Below, piece by piece: positions 26,479 through 35,304 of a stretch of 64,000 nt of DNA. This DNA is from a virus: positions 16,993 through 80,992 of IMG/VR virus record IMGVR_UViG_3300003323_000790. The stretch is one strand, 5' to 3'. A program made the translations under genes and the position numbers. Below the pieces are notes generated by a model. It was given only the letters and a program-made list of their open reading frames with translations, was not told where the DNA came from and made no database searches. Numbering within the stretch: the first letter of the stretch is position 1; each line of letters starts with the position of its first letter.

Positions 26479-27197
26479 CCTTGCACTGCGGCCGCGCAGA
26501 AGATCTATTCAAGCTGGTGCCGGACCATAGCGTGCATGCCGTGATCTGCGACCCTCCCTACGGAGTCACCCGAAATAAGTGGGATGCTATCATTCCCCTC
26601 GACTTGATGTGGCAGGAACTGGACCGAATACTCACTCCAAACGGAGCAGCCATCTTTACAGCCAGCCAGCCCTTCACCAGTCAGTTGGTGGTATCGAACC
26701 TAAGCGGTTTCCGCCACGAGTGGATCTGGCGCAAGAATAAAGCAAGTGGGCATCTAAACGCCAAGCGGGCGCCGATGAAAGCCCACGAGTCGATCTTGGT
26801 GTTCGCCGCGAACGGGCTGACCTACACCCCGCAGATGGAGCTTGGGCACGCGCCGATGAACGCTTACTACACGAGCCACTCGGGGCAAAACTACGGCGGC
26901 GCCAAGGTGATGGCTGGTGGTGGCTCTACGCAGCGCTACCCGAAATCCGTGCTGGACTTCGCGGTGGTCAACAACAGCGATCCGGAGAAGTTCCACCCCA
27001 CGCAGAAACCGGTCAGCATGTTGGAATACCTCGTGCGCACGTACACTTTGGAGGGCCATACTGTACTCGATTTCGCTATGGGAAGCGGCAGTACAGGCGA
27101 AGCCTGCCTCAACACTGGCAGAGAATTTATCGGCTTCGAGCTGGAAGAGGATATGTTCCAACTTGCCAAACAACGACTGGAGAAACACTCATGCTGA
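26472..27197 (+). CDS. DNA amino-methyltransferase (beta class, m6A/m4C)
   Basis: DPPY, then HPTQKP and LDFAMGSGST. Confidence 0.92.
   Translation: MLTLHCGRAEDLFKLVPDHSVHAVICDPPYGVTRNKWDAIIPLDLMWQELDRILTPNGAAIFTASQPFTSQLVVSNLSGFRHEWIWRKNKASGHLNAKRAPMKAHESILVFAANGLTYTPQMELGHAPMNAYYTSHSGQNYGGAKVMAGGGSTQRYPKSVLDFAVVNNSDPEKFHPTQKPVSMLEYLVRTYTLEGHTVLDFAMGSGSTGEACLNTGREFIGFELEEDMFQLAKQRLEKHSC
27176..27197 (+). repeat. 22-bp direct repeat, copy 2
   Basis: ACTGGAGAAACACTCATGCTGA. Confidence 0.95.
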
Positions 27198-29377
27198 AAA
27201 AAGTCCGCCTGCAAAACTTCGGCCGGCACGCTGACCTGACCGTCAACTTCACTGAAGGCGTCAACGCCATCCGTGGCTCCAATGAAGCAGGCAAGTCCAC
27301 GGTGCTTCAGGCTATCGGCTACGCCCTGTTCGGCGCCAGCGCGCTGTCGCGGCCGATCGACCGCGTCGTCACCTACGGCGTGCCGGTCTCCAAGCTCCGC
27401 GTCGAGCTGGACTTCGAGTACCTGGGCATCGAATACAGCCTGTACCGGGCCAAGTCCGGCGCCGAGCTGACCTTCTTGGGCGAGCGCATCACCGGCCAGA
27501 CCGAGGTCACCAAGTACGTCGAGAAGCTGTTCAAGGCCGACGCCAAGATGGCCGGCCAGCTGATGATCGCCGCCCAGAAGAAGCTGGCCGGCGAGATGAC
27601 CACGGGCAGCGTCGGCGCGGCGCGCCTGATCGAGGCCTTGGCCGACTTCGATCTGCTGGACGTGATCAAGGACTTGATCCAGGAGCACCTGCCGAGCGGG
27701 AATACAGCCAGCTTGGAGGGGCGCATTGCCACGCTAACAGCACAGGCCGAGCCAACTGCCTTGGAGGACGTGGCGCCGCTGCAGGAAGCTTTCCAAGCGG
27801 CTGCCGCAGCGCATGCGAAGGCAGCCGAGGCCGTGCAAGATGTGCGCTCGCAGCTGACTGACCTGCGTGCCAAAGATCCAGCCAAGGTACTGGCCGAGCT
27901 GAAGGCGGCGCGCGCGGCCGAAAGCAATTTGCGTGCCAAGGTCGAGGACCTGAAGGCCCGCGCCGCCGTGCCGACACCGGCGGCACCGTCCGACGCCGAG
28001 ATGGATAAGCTGATCGCCGCGCACGAGGCGTCGAAGCGTGTGACGACGGCGCTGGTGCTGCACACCGAGCTGCAGGCGGCCGACACCACGATGCTGTGGG
28101 ACGAGCCGCGCGCGGCGCTGGACGCCGAAGTGCTGGCGGCTCGTGCGCGCTTGGAGGCGCTGTCCGCTCGTGAGGCCGAGCAGGCTTGGACCAACCGGAA
28201 CATCGCAGGCAGCAACCATATCCGCGATCTGCAGGAAGCGATCAAACTGGCCAAGATGAAGATCATCCAGGACAACACCTGCGCGTTCTGCCAGAAAGAC
28301 CTGACCGACGTGCCCGAGGTGGTGAAGATCAATACCGACGCTGCGCGTGAGATCCAGCTGCTCGAAGAGCAGCTAGCCGCGTTCAAAGCCACGCTGACCC
28401 TTGAGCTGGACGCTCTGCAGAAAAAGCTAGCGGAGGTCAATTCTAAGATCCTCGAACAGCTGGAAGAGTGCAAGGCACTGGACAACGTGGTCAAGGTAGC
28501 CGACCGCCTGGCACCGCTCTACGCCAAGGCAGCCGAATACATCGAGCTGGATGAGAGCGTGGTGCCTGCGCAGTGGAAGTGGATCGGTCCGACGTCCGGC
28601 AACACCGACGCCGCCGAGAAGCGTTTCGCCGCCGAGAAGGCGCGCCGTGAGGCGGAAGCGCACCGCGGCGCTGTGGCCGAGGCCCAGCGCCAACTGACCG
28701 CCGTGCAGGGCGAGCTGGCCGAGGTCGCCACGCAGGTGGCCGCCCTGGCCGAGAAGGAAGACGAAGCTGAGATGCAAATGTCTCTGCTGGCCGACTTGGC
28801 TGACAAAGAGGATACGTTAAGGCTCCTGCATACCACTGCCAACGTGGCAATGGTCGAGGCTCAGCGAGCGCTCCAGCGTGCCGAAGTGAGCAACGCCGCC
28901 GTCGTGAAGGCGATGGGGCTGGCCAAGGAGCAGCTCGCCGCCGCCCACACCGAGCTGGCCGAGACCCAGGCCAACAACCTGCTGGTGAAGAAAGTCGCGG
29001 CCGCGCGCCCGACGATTACCGATAAGCTGTGGAATATGGTGCTCGGCGCCGCGTCGACCTACCTGTCGGCCATGCGCGGCGAGGTGTCGGCCATCACGCG
29101 CGCCGACGGCGAGTTCCTCGTCAATGGTCGGCCGGCCAGCGACCTGTCCGGCTCCGGCGAGGATTGCTTTGGCCTGGCTTTGCGTGTAGCCTTGACCCGG
29201 ACTTTCATTCCGACGGCGCCGTTCCTGATCTTGGACGAGCCTGCGGCGGCGTGCAGCGCGGAGCGTGAGGTGGCGATGCTGGGCCAGATCGCCGCGCTGG
29301 GCTTCGATCAGACCATCGTGATCACCCACTCGGACCTGTGCGAAAGCTTCGCCAACAACCTGATCATCATTGAATAA
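27191..29377 (+). CDS. Rad50/SbcC-like SMC ATPase
   Basis: GSNEAGKST, coiled coils with CAFC hook, LSGSG, ILDEP, ITH. Confidence 0.92.
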   Translation: MLKKVRLQNFGRHADLTVNFTEGVNAIRGSNEAGKSTVLQAIGYALFGASALSRPIDRVVTYGVPVSKLRVELDFEYLGIEYSLYRAKSGAELTFLGERITGQTEVTKYVEKLFKADAKMAGQLMIAAQKKLAGEMTTGSVGAARLIEALADFDLLDVIKDLIQEHLPSGNTASLEGRIATLTAQAEPTALEDVAPLQEAFQAAAAAHAKAAEAVQDVRSQLTDLRAKDPAKVLAELKAARAAESNLRAKVEDLKARAAVPTPAAPSDAEMDKLIAAHEASKRVTTALVLHTELQAADTTMLWDEPRAALDAEVLAARARLEALSAREAEQAWTNRNIAGSNHIRDLQEAIKLAKMKIIQDNTCAFCQKDLTDVPEVVKINTDAAREIQLLEEQLAAFKATLTLELDALQKKLAEVNSKILEQLEECKALDNVVKVADRLAPLYAKAAEYIELDESVVPAQWKWIGPTSGNTDAAEKRFAAEKARREAEAHRGAVAEAQRQLTAVQGELAEVATQVAALAEKEDEAEMQMSLLADLADKEDTLRLLHTTANVAMVEAQRALQRAEVSNAAVVKAMGLAKEQLAAAHTELAETQANNLLVKKVAAARPTITDKLWNMVLGAASTYLSAMRGEVSAITRADGEFLVNGRPASDLSGSGEDCFGLALRVALTRTFIPTAPFLILDEPAAACSAEREVAMLGQIAALGFDQTIVITHSDLCESFANNLIIIE

Positions 29378-29388
29378 GGAGTAACATC

Positions 29389-29589
29389 ATGTACGTCAAT
29401 CTGGAGTCGCTGGTCAATAAATTCGCCCTGGACGAAATGGCCGTGCGGCGCGCCATGTCCAAGGGTCAGCTGATCCGCGGGGAGCATTTCTCGTCGGAGA
29501 ACGGCACGACGACCGTTTTCGATGAAAGCAAGGCTGTTGAGCGTCTGAAGGAGCTCAACATCCTGAAAGCGCCAGACCGTCTGGCGTGA
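29389..29589 (+). CDS. hypothetical protein
   Basis: AAGGAG SD. Confidence 0.6.
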   Translation: MYVNLESLVNKFALDEMAVRRAMSKGQLIRGEHFSSENGTTTVFDESKAVERLKELNILKAPDRLA

Positions 29590-29633
29590 CCGTTGCGGCT
29601 CCGGTTGAGCCGTATTTTCTATGGAGTATTACC

Positions 29634-29924
29634 ATGAGCTATTCGTTCCGCGTCCAAGGTGCCGACAAACGCGCCGCCGCTGCCTTGGCGGAGGAGAAAT
29701 TCGATGAAGTGATCGCCAACCAAGCAGTGCACGCGCGAGACAAGGACGCTGTCATGTCCAACATCGACGCCGTGCTGGCCCTGCTGGCCGACGACGACAC
29801 CAAGGACGTTGCGATCAACGTCAATGGCTACGTCAGTTGGCTGAATCCGCCTGATCAGGAGCCTGTGTTCAGCTCCGTCTCCGTGTGCGCCTCGGCCGGA
29901 CACATCGAACGGATGGTGAAGTAA
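29634..29924 (+). CDS. hypothetical protein
   Basis: GGAG SD before ATG 29634. Confidence 0.65.
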   Translation: MSYSFRVQGADKRAAAALAEEKFDEVIANQAVHARDKDAVMSNIDAVLALLADDDTKDVAINVNGYVSWLNPPDQEPVFSSVSVCASAGHIERMVK

Positions 29925-29927
29925 TAA

Positions 29928-29951
29928 CAGCCTGCCCTCAGCGGCAGGCTG
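29928..29951. terminator. hairpin at the convergence of replication and lysis operons
   Basis: CAGCCTGCC-N6-GGCAGGCTG. Confidence 0.55.
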
Positions 29952-30492
29952 CTTCTATTGTGCGGTAGTGGGCAAGGAGGTCGTTGAAAGCTTGCACGTC
30001 TCCTGCACTGTCTCCGGCGATGCGGAGAATAGCTGCAGCAACCTCTGGCATGATGTCGGCTGTTTTGGCTGGCTCAGCGTGATGGGCAGTTGCGGCAGTG
30101 TCACCTTCGGCTGATCCAGCAACCTCACTGGCTGGATATCGGACTTCGACGCGCAGGCGCTCAACGCCAGACAGCACAGCAGCAGTGTGTTTTTCCAAGG
30201 TAAGCTCATGATCTTTCTCCCATTTCGCGGACTGCGCCGCCAGTTTCGCATCCTCTTCGGCCAGGGCCTTCTGCCTGGCCAATGCCGCCTCCAGCTTCTT
30301 CGTGTAGGCCGCCTCGGCCGCCGCGCTGATGGCCTTTTCCTTCGCCGCCCACTCCGCCGTCACCTCGGTGCGCACGCGTGCTTCGATCTTCCCCTCCCAC
30401 CAGAAATACCCACCGACCAGCGCGGCCAGTGCGAGCAAGCTCAGCAGCGGTCGGCGCCAACGTACAAACAGTTCCAGAGCAGCGAGCATCAC
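29938..30492 (-). CDS. Rz-like inner-membrane spanin
   Basis: N-terminal TM, coiled coil, follows endolysin. Confidence 0.85.
   Translation of the reverse strand: MMLAALELFVRWRRPLLSLLALAALVGGYFWWEGKIEARVRTEVTAEWAAKEKAISAAAEAAYTKKLEAALARQKALAEEDAKLAAQSAKWEKDHELTLEKHTAAVLSGVERLRVEVRYPASEVAGSAEGDTAATAHHAEPAKTADIMPEVAAAILRIAGDSAGDVQAFNDLLAHYRTIEAACR
29955..30209 (-). CDS. Rz1-like outer-membrane lipoprotein spanin embedded in Rz
   Basis: Lipobox LALSAC, Pro-rich mature part, alternate frame within Rz. Confidence 0.75.
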   Translation of the reverse strand: MSLPWKNTLLLCCLALSACASKSDIQPVRLLDQPKVTLPQLPITLSQPKQPTSCQRLLQLFSASPETVQETCKLSTTSLPTTAQ

Positions 30493-31094
30493 AGCACCTG
30501 TAAGGCAAGGTTGCGGATAGCGAGGCGCTTGGCGTAGCCAAGGCTGTCACCTACCTTTTCAGTCTTCCTGCCGAGGTTGACCAGATCGCACTGCTTGTCG
30601 AAGTCGGCCACGGCCGCGCTGATGTTGCGCGCCTTCCAGAAGTCACCGGCGCTCCAGATCGCTCCGCCTGGCGTACGGATCCAGTCCGCAAACTGCTCGA
30701 CCGGCATGCCGCGTCGGCGCGCGCCAGCTTCATAGTTCGCCTTGAACGTCAGCTGGATACCGCCGCCGCCGCGATACTTATAGCCCTCGGCCGGGCCATT
30801 ACCGTACCGGCCGCCGTAAATGGTATTGCCGATGGCGACCGGATTGCCGGCCAGCGCAGCGGCACTAGCCGGCGTGAAGCGCGTCGGGAATACCTCCAGC
30901 AGCCGCTGCGCAGAGTAGTTCAGGTTCTCGCTCAGCTGGGTCAACTCCGCTGTCTCGGCGCCGACGTTGCCCAAGAAGGCTGCCTGATCCGCCTTGCTCG
31001 TGATGCCGAACTCGGCAAAGCAGGCGTTGAGCAGGGGTGTAAAAATAGCCGCGTCGCAACGCGGCATGATCTTTTTGAGCTGCTCCGGGGTCAT
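30489..31094 (-). CDS. endolysin, GH19 chitinase-like
   Basis: AAFLG...E...L.ENLNYS...G.KYRG.G.IQLT...NY. Confidence 0.88.
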   Translation of the reverse strand: MTPEQLKKIMPRCDAAIFTPLLNACFAEFGITSKADQAAFLGNVGAETAELTQLSENLNYSAQRLLEVFPTRFTPASAAALAGNPVAIGNTIYGGRYGNGPAEGYKYRGGGGIQLTFKANYEAGARRRGMPVEQFADWIRTPGGAIWSAGDFWKARNISAAVADFDKQCDLVNLGRKTEKVGDSLGYAKRLAIRNLALQVL

Positions 31095-31324
31095 TTTGCT
31101 TCCTCGTCAGGTTTCTCTGGCAGGACGTTCGGCTGCGCGATGACGCGGCCCAAGATGCCGGCAACAAAAGTTGCCAAGGCGGCATACTGCACCCATTCTG
31201 GGGGGATCGCTGATTTGAACTCTTGCGGCAGCGCCAAGTAGCCGGCGGTTACCGAAGCGCCGACGGCGCTTAGCTGAACGGACAGCAACTTCCACGAGAG
31301 GTGCCAGTTATCAATTAGTTTCAT
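31091..31324 (-). CDS. holin
   Basis: 77 aa, two TM segments, MKLIDNW..SW...SVQ...R.IAQP; immediately upstream of endolysin. Confidence 0.75.
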   Translation of the reverse strand: MKLIDNWHLSWKLLSVQLSAVGASVTAGYLALPQEFKSAIPPEWVQYAALATFVAGILGRVIAQPNVLPEKPDEEAK

Positions 31325-31692
31325 GATTGGGTCCGGTCCCGCACGATGGCGATAAGTTGCTGCATATTCTGCGACAAGTTGGCATTGGCGGCGAGCATTT
31401 CTTTTCTCAGCTCGGAAACACTTACCTGAACTTGGCTGATCTGTCCCTGCAGGGCGTCGATCTCGCGATCCTGTCGACGATGGATCTCAGCCAGCTGCTC
31501 GCGGAATTGGGCGCGCAGCTCACGGATCTCTTCTCGATGCAGCTCCTTGACCTCAGCCAGAGCTTCTGTAGAGGCCTTTTTCTCCAAGGCCAGCTCATAC
31601 CTCTTGGACTCCTGGCGCAGCAGGCCCCAGATCACTAACAGGAGAGCCCCGGCCACAGAGAGTGCATAGACCAGCATTTGACTTTCAGACAT
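31321..31692 (-). CDS. single-TM coiled-coil membrane protein (lysis cassette)
   Basis: One N-terminal TM plus coiled coil. Confidence 0.7.
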   Translation of the reverse strand: MSESQMLVYALSVAGALLLVIWGLLRQESKRYELALEKKASTEALAEVKELHREEIRELRAQFREQLAEIHRRQDREIDALQGQISQVQVSVSELRKEMLAANANLSQNMQQLIAIVRDRTQS

Positions 31693-32119
31693 GACCGGCC
31701 TCTTTCATAAAGCGGCGCATGGTACGCCTTTGTTGTATTTTCGTGACACTATCGGACAGCACGATGCAGACTAACAACTGAGCTGTCTCGAACATAGGCT
31801 GGGTGATTTTGTAGACGCCGAGACCTTCGGAAGGGCCAAAGATGGCACCGAAAATATGCCCGGCAGACAGGAATGCGGACAGCACAGCTACCCAGCAGCT
31901 GGCGCGCACTTGGAGGGCAATTGCCAGAACCATGAGCACTAGCTCGATTACCAGCCACTCTACATACCAAATCCAAGTGGGCCAGACCCATGGGAGTTCG
32001 GTCAGCAGAACGGCAGCGACGCTGCCGGACAAGAGCATACCGCGCCCGCAGGCGCGATTGAGCCACAGGGCTGCGCAGAGCAGCACCACATAGGCAATGT
32101 GCAGCCCTGTGTAAAACAT
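31685..32119 (-). CDS. multi-pass membrane protein
   Basis: About 4-5 hydrophobic segments, basic C-terminal tail. Confidence 0.75.
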   Translation of the reverse strand: MFYTGLHIAYVVLLCAALWLNRACGRGMLLSGSVAAVLLTELPWVWPTWIWYVEWLVIELVLMVLAIALQVRASCWVAVLSAFLSAGHIFGAIFGPSEGLGVYKITQPMFETAQLLVCIVLSDSVTKIQQRRTMRRFMKEAGHV

Positions 32120-32122
32120 GGC

Positions 32123-32197
32123 TTACTGCGACGGCGGTTTTGGTGGGGTTGGTGGCGGCTCGTTACCGTTACCGCCCAGGCAGATAAATGGGTTCAT
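32123..32197 (-). CDS. 24-aa proline-rich peptide MNPFICLGGNGNEPPPTPPKPPSQ
   Basis: GGAGAG SD; stop codon 3 nt before the next ATG; local promoter upstream. Confidence 0.65.
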   Translation of the reverse strand: MNPFICLGGNGNEPPPTPPKPPSQ

Positions 32198-32198
32198 T

Positions 32199-32259
32199 TT
32201 GCTCTCCAGAAATTGACTATCTGGAGAGCAATTCTACTAGGAAACGAACTCAGCAGCAA
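32199..32259 (-). promoter_or_regulatory. RBS-sequestering 12-bp hairpin plus overlapping promoter
   Basis: TTGCTCTCCAGA-N9-TCTGGAGAGCAA contains the SD; TTGCTG-17-TAGAAT at 32259-32231. Confidence 0.7.
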
Positions 32260-32262
32260 ATT

Positions 32263-34452
32263 TTATGCCAGGTGCAGGCACTGAATCGTCAGGGTTGCGG
32301 ATGGGTTAGGGCCGGCGGCGGCCCAAACCGTATCTTGGTAGTTCGCACTGACATTCAACGCGCGGCTGTTGGCTGCCGTGTTGATCAGTCGTACAGGGAT
32401 CGACGTCGGCTCGGCCCAGCCATAGTTGCTGTACTGCAAGGAGGGCTTGGCGCCGTCAAGTACGGTCAATGCCCGTGCTGTGCTGCGCAACAGATTACGC
32501 GGCTTCGTGGCCTTGATGTCCGAGTTGTCCAGCGGCGTAGCCGTCTGAGCGTATGTAGCTGCTCCTGGCATCCTCCAGTCATCCGGGTAGGTGCCAAATC
32601 CATAAGACGGAGCAACCATGGTCACTTCCGTTGCCGTAGCAAGTTGCCAGCGTCCATCGTTGACATATACGGCAGTTGCAGCCGCATCGGTGTAGACCAG
32701 GGCGCTGGCGTTACCTGTCGGGATGCCGCTGAGGAAGCCGACCGACCAGAATTCGGTGACCGGCCGCGAGGATACCGTGCCCGTTACGGCGATGTAGAAG
32801 GGTGAGCCGGCGAGGTCGGCATTGCCGCCCCCGTAAGCTGCCGTAAGCGAAGTGACCGTACCTTGGAACACCACCGAAGTAGAGAATGCCGCGGCGGGTG
32901 CGGCACTTACTGTCAGGGCGGCCACACGCACCGTCGTATTGACGAGCATCACTGCCCACAGCGCATTACTGCTGTCGTAGCGCACTGCCAGATAGGTAAC
33001 AGCCGTGGTCGTTGCGGTCGCTACGGTTCCCAGCGTCAGCGCGCCGCCCGCTCCAACGGTATAAGGGCGAGCGGCGATCTGCGTTGCACTGGCCGCCAGC
33101 AATAGAGTAACCACATTGTCGCTGGTGCGTGGGAGCTGCGTAACGACAGACGAAACGATAGTGTTGGTCACTGCCGTCCCGGCGACAAGGGTGGCGCCGG
33201 AGATTTCCAGCCCATACGAAACGCAGCTGGTAGCCGAGGTCAGGCCGGTAATCATAAAACGCCCCGATCCCAGGCCGGCCGGAACCATGTCCTGGATCTT
33301 CGTCCAAGCGGTGCCGAGCGTAATGGAGAGCGGAGTGCCTAGTGTGATGGTACTCGCCGCGATGGTCAGGCGCACCACTTGCAGCGCCGTGCCATTGACC
33401 GAGGCCACGATCACATCGTTCGATCCGTCATTCACCATGCAGGCGTAGACGCTGCCGTCGTCGCCGGCGGCGACTAGACCAGTGCGAATTTGTGCCGGCG
33501 ACTGCAATGTCGCCGGGAAATTAGCCGGGTCGTACAGTACTGCATGCAGGCTGGCTCCGTGCACAAGCACCAGTTGCGTGGAACCGGTCAGCAGCAGTGA
33601 TTTGGTGTACAGGCCGCCGGTCCCGGCCACAGCCGAAGAGAATGTGACCTTATCCATCATGACCGTACCGTACGGGCGCGTTTCCCCTGAAATGTCCCAC
33701 TCTGCCGTGCCGCCATTCAACTCGGCTTGGCGGTCCGGAGGCAGATAGCAATCGGTGCCGGAGAATGCGTTGATGGCCACGTCATAGCCATAGCCATACC
33801 CGCCAGGACCTGCTTGGTTACGCAGTGAAAAGACATTCGGCCCCTGTTGCTGAGTAGCTGCCGCGGTAACGGAGAAGGCCGCGCCGGCGCCTGCCGGCTT
33901 ATTGACCTGATATCTATTGCTTGTGGTGCCCACCAGCATCACTGCGCTGGACGAGGTGACTTGGCCTGTGTCGGGTACGCCGGGCGCCGAGGCACTGATG
34001 GTCCAAGTGCTCGACGCGCCGGTGCCGCGTGCGCGAGTAACCGCCACGGTCGTGGAGCCGGTGCCAGAGTTGTAAGCCGTGATGGGGCCGTTCATCCAGC
34101 GCGTCGAGGGCGTAGTGGTGTCCGCGACGGTAACCCACATGCCAACCACCCAAGTCTTGCCGGTCTGGGAAGTGAATGTTTTGCTGGCCACCGATGGCGT
34201 CAGGCTAGTCGTAGACGTGCCGTTGGTATTCGGCGTGGCGATGGCCGAAGCAGCAGATGCCGCCGCATTGGCGGCAGCAGCATTTGCGGAGGCCAAAGTG
34301 GCATCCGCGTATGCCCGGTCTGCATTGGTCTCGACCATGATGTCCGATAGCATCGGCAACAGGCGAACGCGAAAACCGCCGTTCCCCATGCCGGTGACTG
34401 GATCGTCATCGTCGGTATAAGTATGGCCATTGGCGATAACAGTGGTGGTCAT
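32263..34452 (-). CDS. tail fiber / receptor-binding protein
   Basis: Thr/Ala/Gly-rich beta repeats, last gene of the tail module. Confidence 0.7.
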   Translation of the reverse strand: MTTTVIANGHTYTDDDDPVTGMGNGGFRVRLLPMLSDIMVETNADRAYADATLASANAAAANAAASAASAIATPNTNGTSTTSLTPSVASKTFTSQTGKTWVVGMWVTVADTTTPSTRWMNGPITAYNSGTGSTTVAVTRARGTGASSTWTISASAPGVPDTGQVTSSSAVMLVGTTSNRYQVNKPAGAGAAFSVTAAATQQQGPNVFSLRNQAGPGGYGYGYDVAINAFSGTDCYLPPDRQAELNGGTAEWDISGETRPYGTVMMDKVTFSSAVAGTGGLYTKSLLLTGSTQLVLVHGASLHAVLYDPANFPATLQSPAQIRTGLVAAGDDGSVYACMVNDGSNDVIVASVNGTALQVVRLTIAASTITLGTPLSITLGTAWTKIQDMVPAGLGSGRFMITGLTSATSCVSYGLEISGATLVAGTAVTNTIVSSVVTQLPRTSDNVVTLLLAASATQIAARPYTVGAGGALTLGTVATATTTAVTYLAVRYDSSNALWAVMLVNTTVRVAALTVSAAPAAAFSTSVVFQGTVTSLTAAYGGGNADLAGSPFYIAVTGTVSSRPVTEFWSVGFLSGIPTGNASALVYTDAAATAVYVNDGRWQLATATEVTMVAPSYGFGTYPDDWRMPGAATYAQTATPLDNSDIKATKPRNLLRSTARALTVLDGAKPSLQYSNYGWAEPTSIPVRLINTAANSRALNVSANYQDTVWAAAGPNPSATLTIQCLHLA

Positions 34453-35303
34453 AGCAGTTCCTTAATTTCGTAAGCCTTGGAATTTGTGTTGTAGTAAGGA
34501 TACTTGATAGGGCTCAACTGCCGCAAGCGGCCGAGGAATCGCCGCCGGTATTGGTGCGTGGTGTCCGCAGTGTCCTGCACCCACAGCACCTCTTGATCGA
34601 TACCTGCTTGACGATCCATATCAAATGCGCGCGAGAGTGCCTCATCCACTCCCATGTAGTCCAAGGTGAACCTGGTCGACCGGAATGACAGCCGACGATC
34701 AAACGTCTCGGCGCCGCCGAGCGCTTCTTGTACATCGGTCGTCGTCTCCCAGCCCAGCTCCAAGTCGAAGCTAGGATTCTTGCTCGGCACCCAGCCGGGG
34801 CCGAAAAAGACCCGCCCAGCTTGAATGTAGCCGGCGGAATTATTCGTATCGTCCACCTCTAATTTCCAGTATCGCGAGTACTTGACACTAGGCAGAAGAA
34901 TAATCAGGTTGCGGTAGCTGCCAGCCAAGTCCTCTTCAAGATACTTACCGGACCACCAACGATCGTCTTCCCATTCCAGCACTGGGTAGGGGTAGATGAC
35001 TGGCCACACATCGACCCAACCGCTGTCATAATCCGTGGTGGTGAACGTCGAATCGTCGCTACCTCGCAAACGGTATTTCCCGGCCGTGGAGATGTTGTTG
35101 TTCACCAAGGCAAATACCTGGACCTGTCGCTGCCGCCCAAAATCAAGAGAAAATTGCGTGCTGGTTAAGGCAGCATTCGTACTGCGCGCGACCCTCCCGA
35201 TGGTGCGTTGCTGCAGGTTGGTGACCGGCAAGGAAGAGCGCCACGATCCTCCAGAGAGGGTTGCGGTATCGATTCGGTTCGGGAAGCCGATCATGCAGCT
35301 CAT
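34449..35303 (-). CDS. tail tip protein
   Basis: Synteny; D.GW.DVWP...RYW..E..D..N..GY...GRVF.G pattern. Confidence 0.65.
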   Translation of the reverse strand: MSCMIGFPNRIDTATLSGGSWRSSLPVTNLQQRTIGRVARSTNAALTSTQFSLDFGRQRQVQVFALVNNNISTAGKYRLRGSDDSTFTTTDYDSGWVDVWPVIYPYPVLEWEDDRWWSGKYLEEDLAGSYRNLIILLPSVKYSRYWKLEVDDTNNSAGYIQAGRVFFGPGWVPSKNPSFDLELGWETTTDVQEALGGAETFDRRLSFRSTRFTLDYMGVDEALSRAFDMDRQAGIDQEVLWVQDTADTTHQYRRRFLGRLRQLSPIKYPYYNTNSKAYEIKELL

Positions 35304-35304
35304 A

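Noticed and set aside
26472-27197. Restriction-modification system
   Set aside because: No cognate restriction endonuclease adjacent; orphan MTase
29955-30209. Gene embedded within another gene in the lysis cassette
   Set aside because: Standard Rz/Rz1 spanin architecture, not novel
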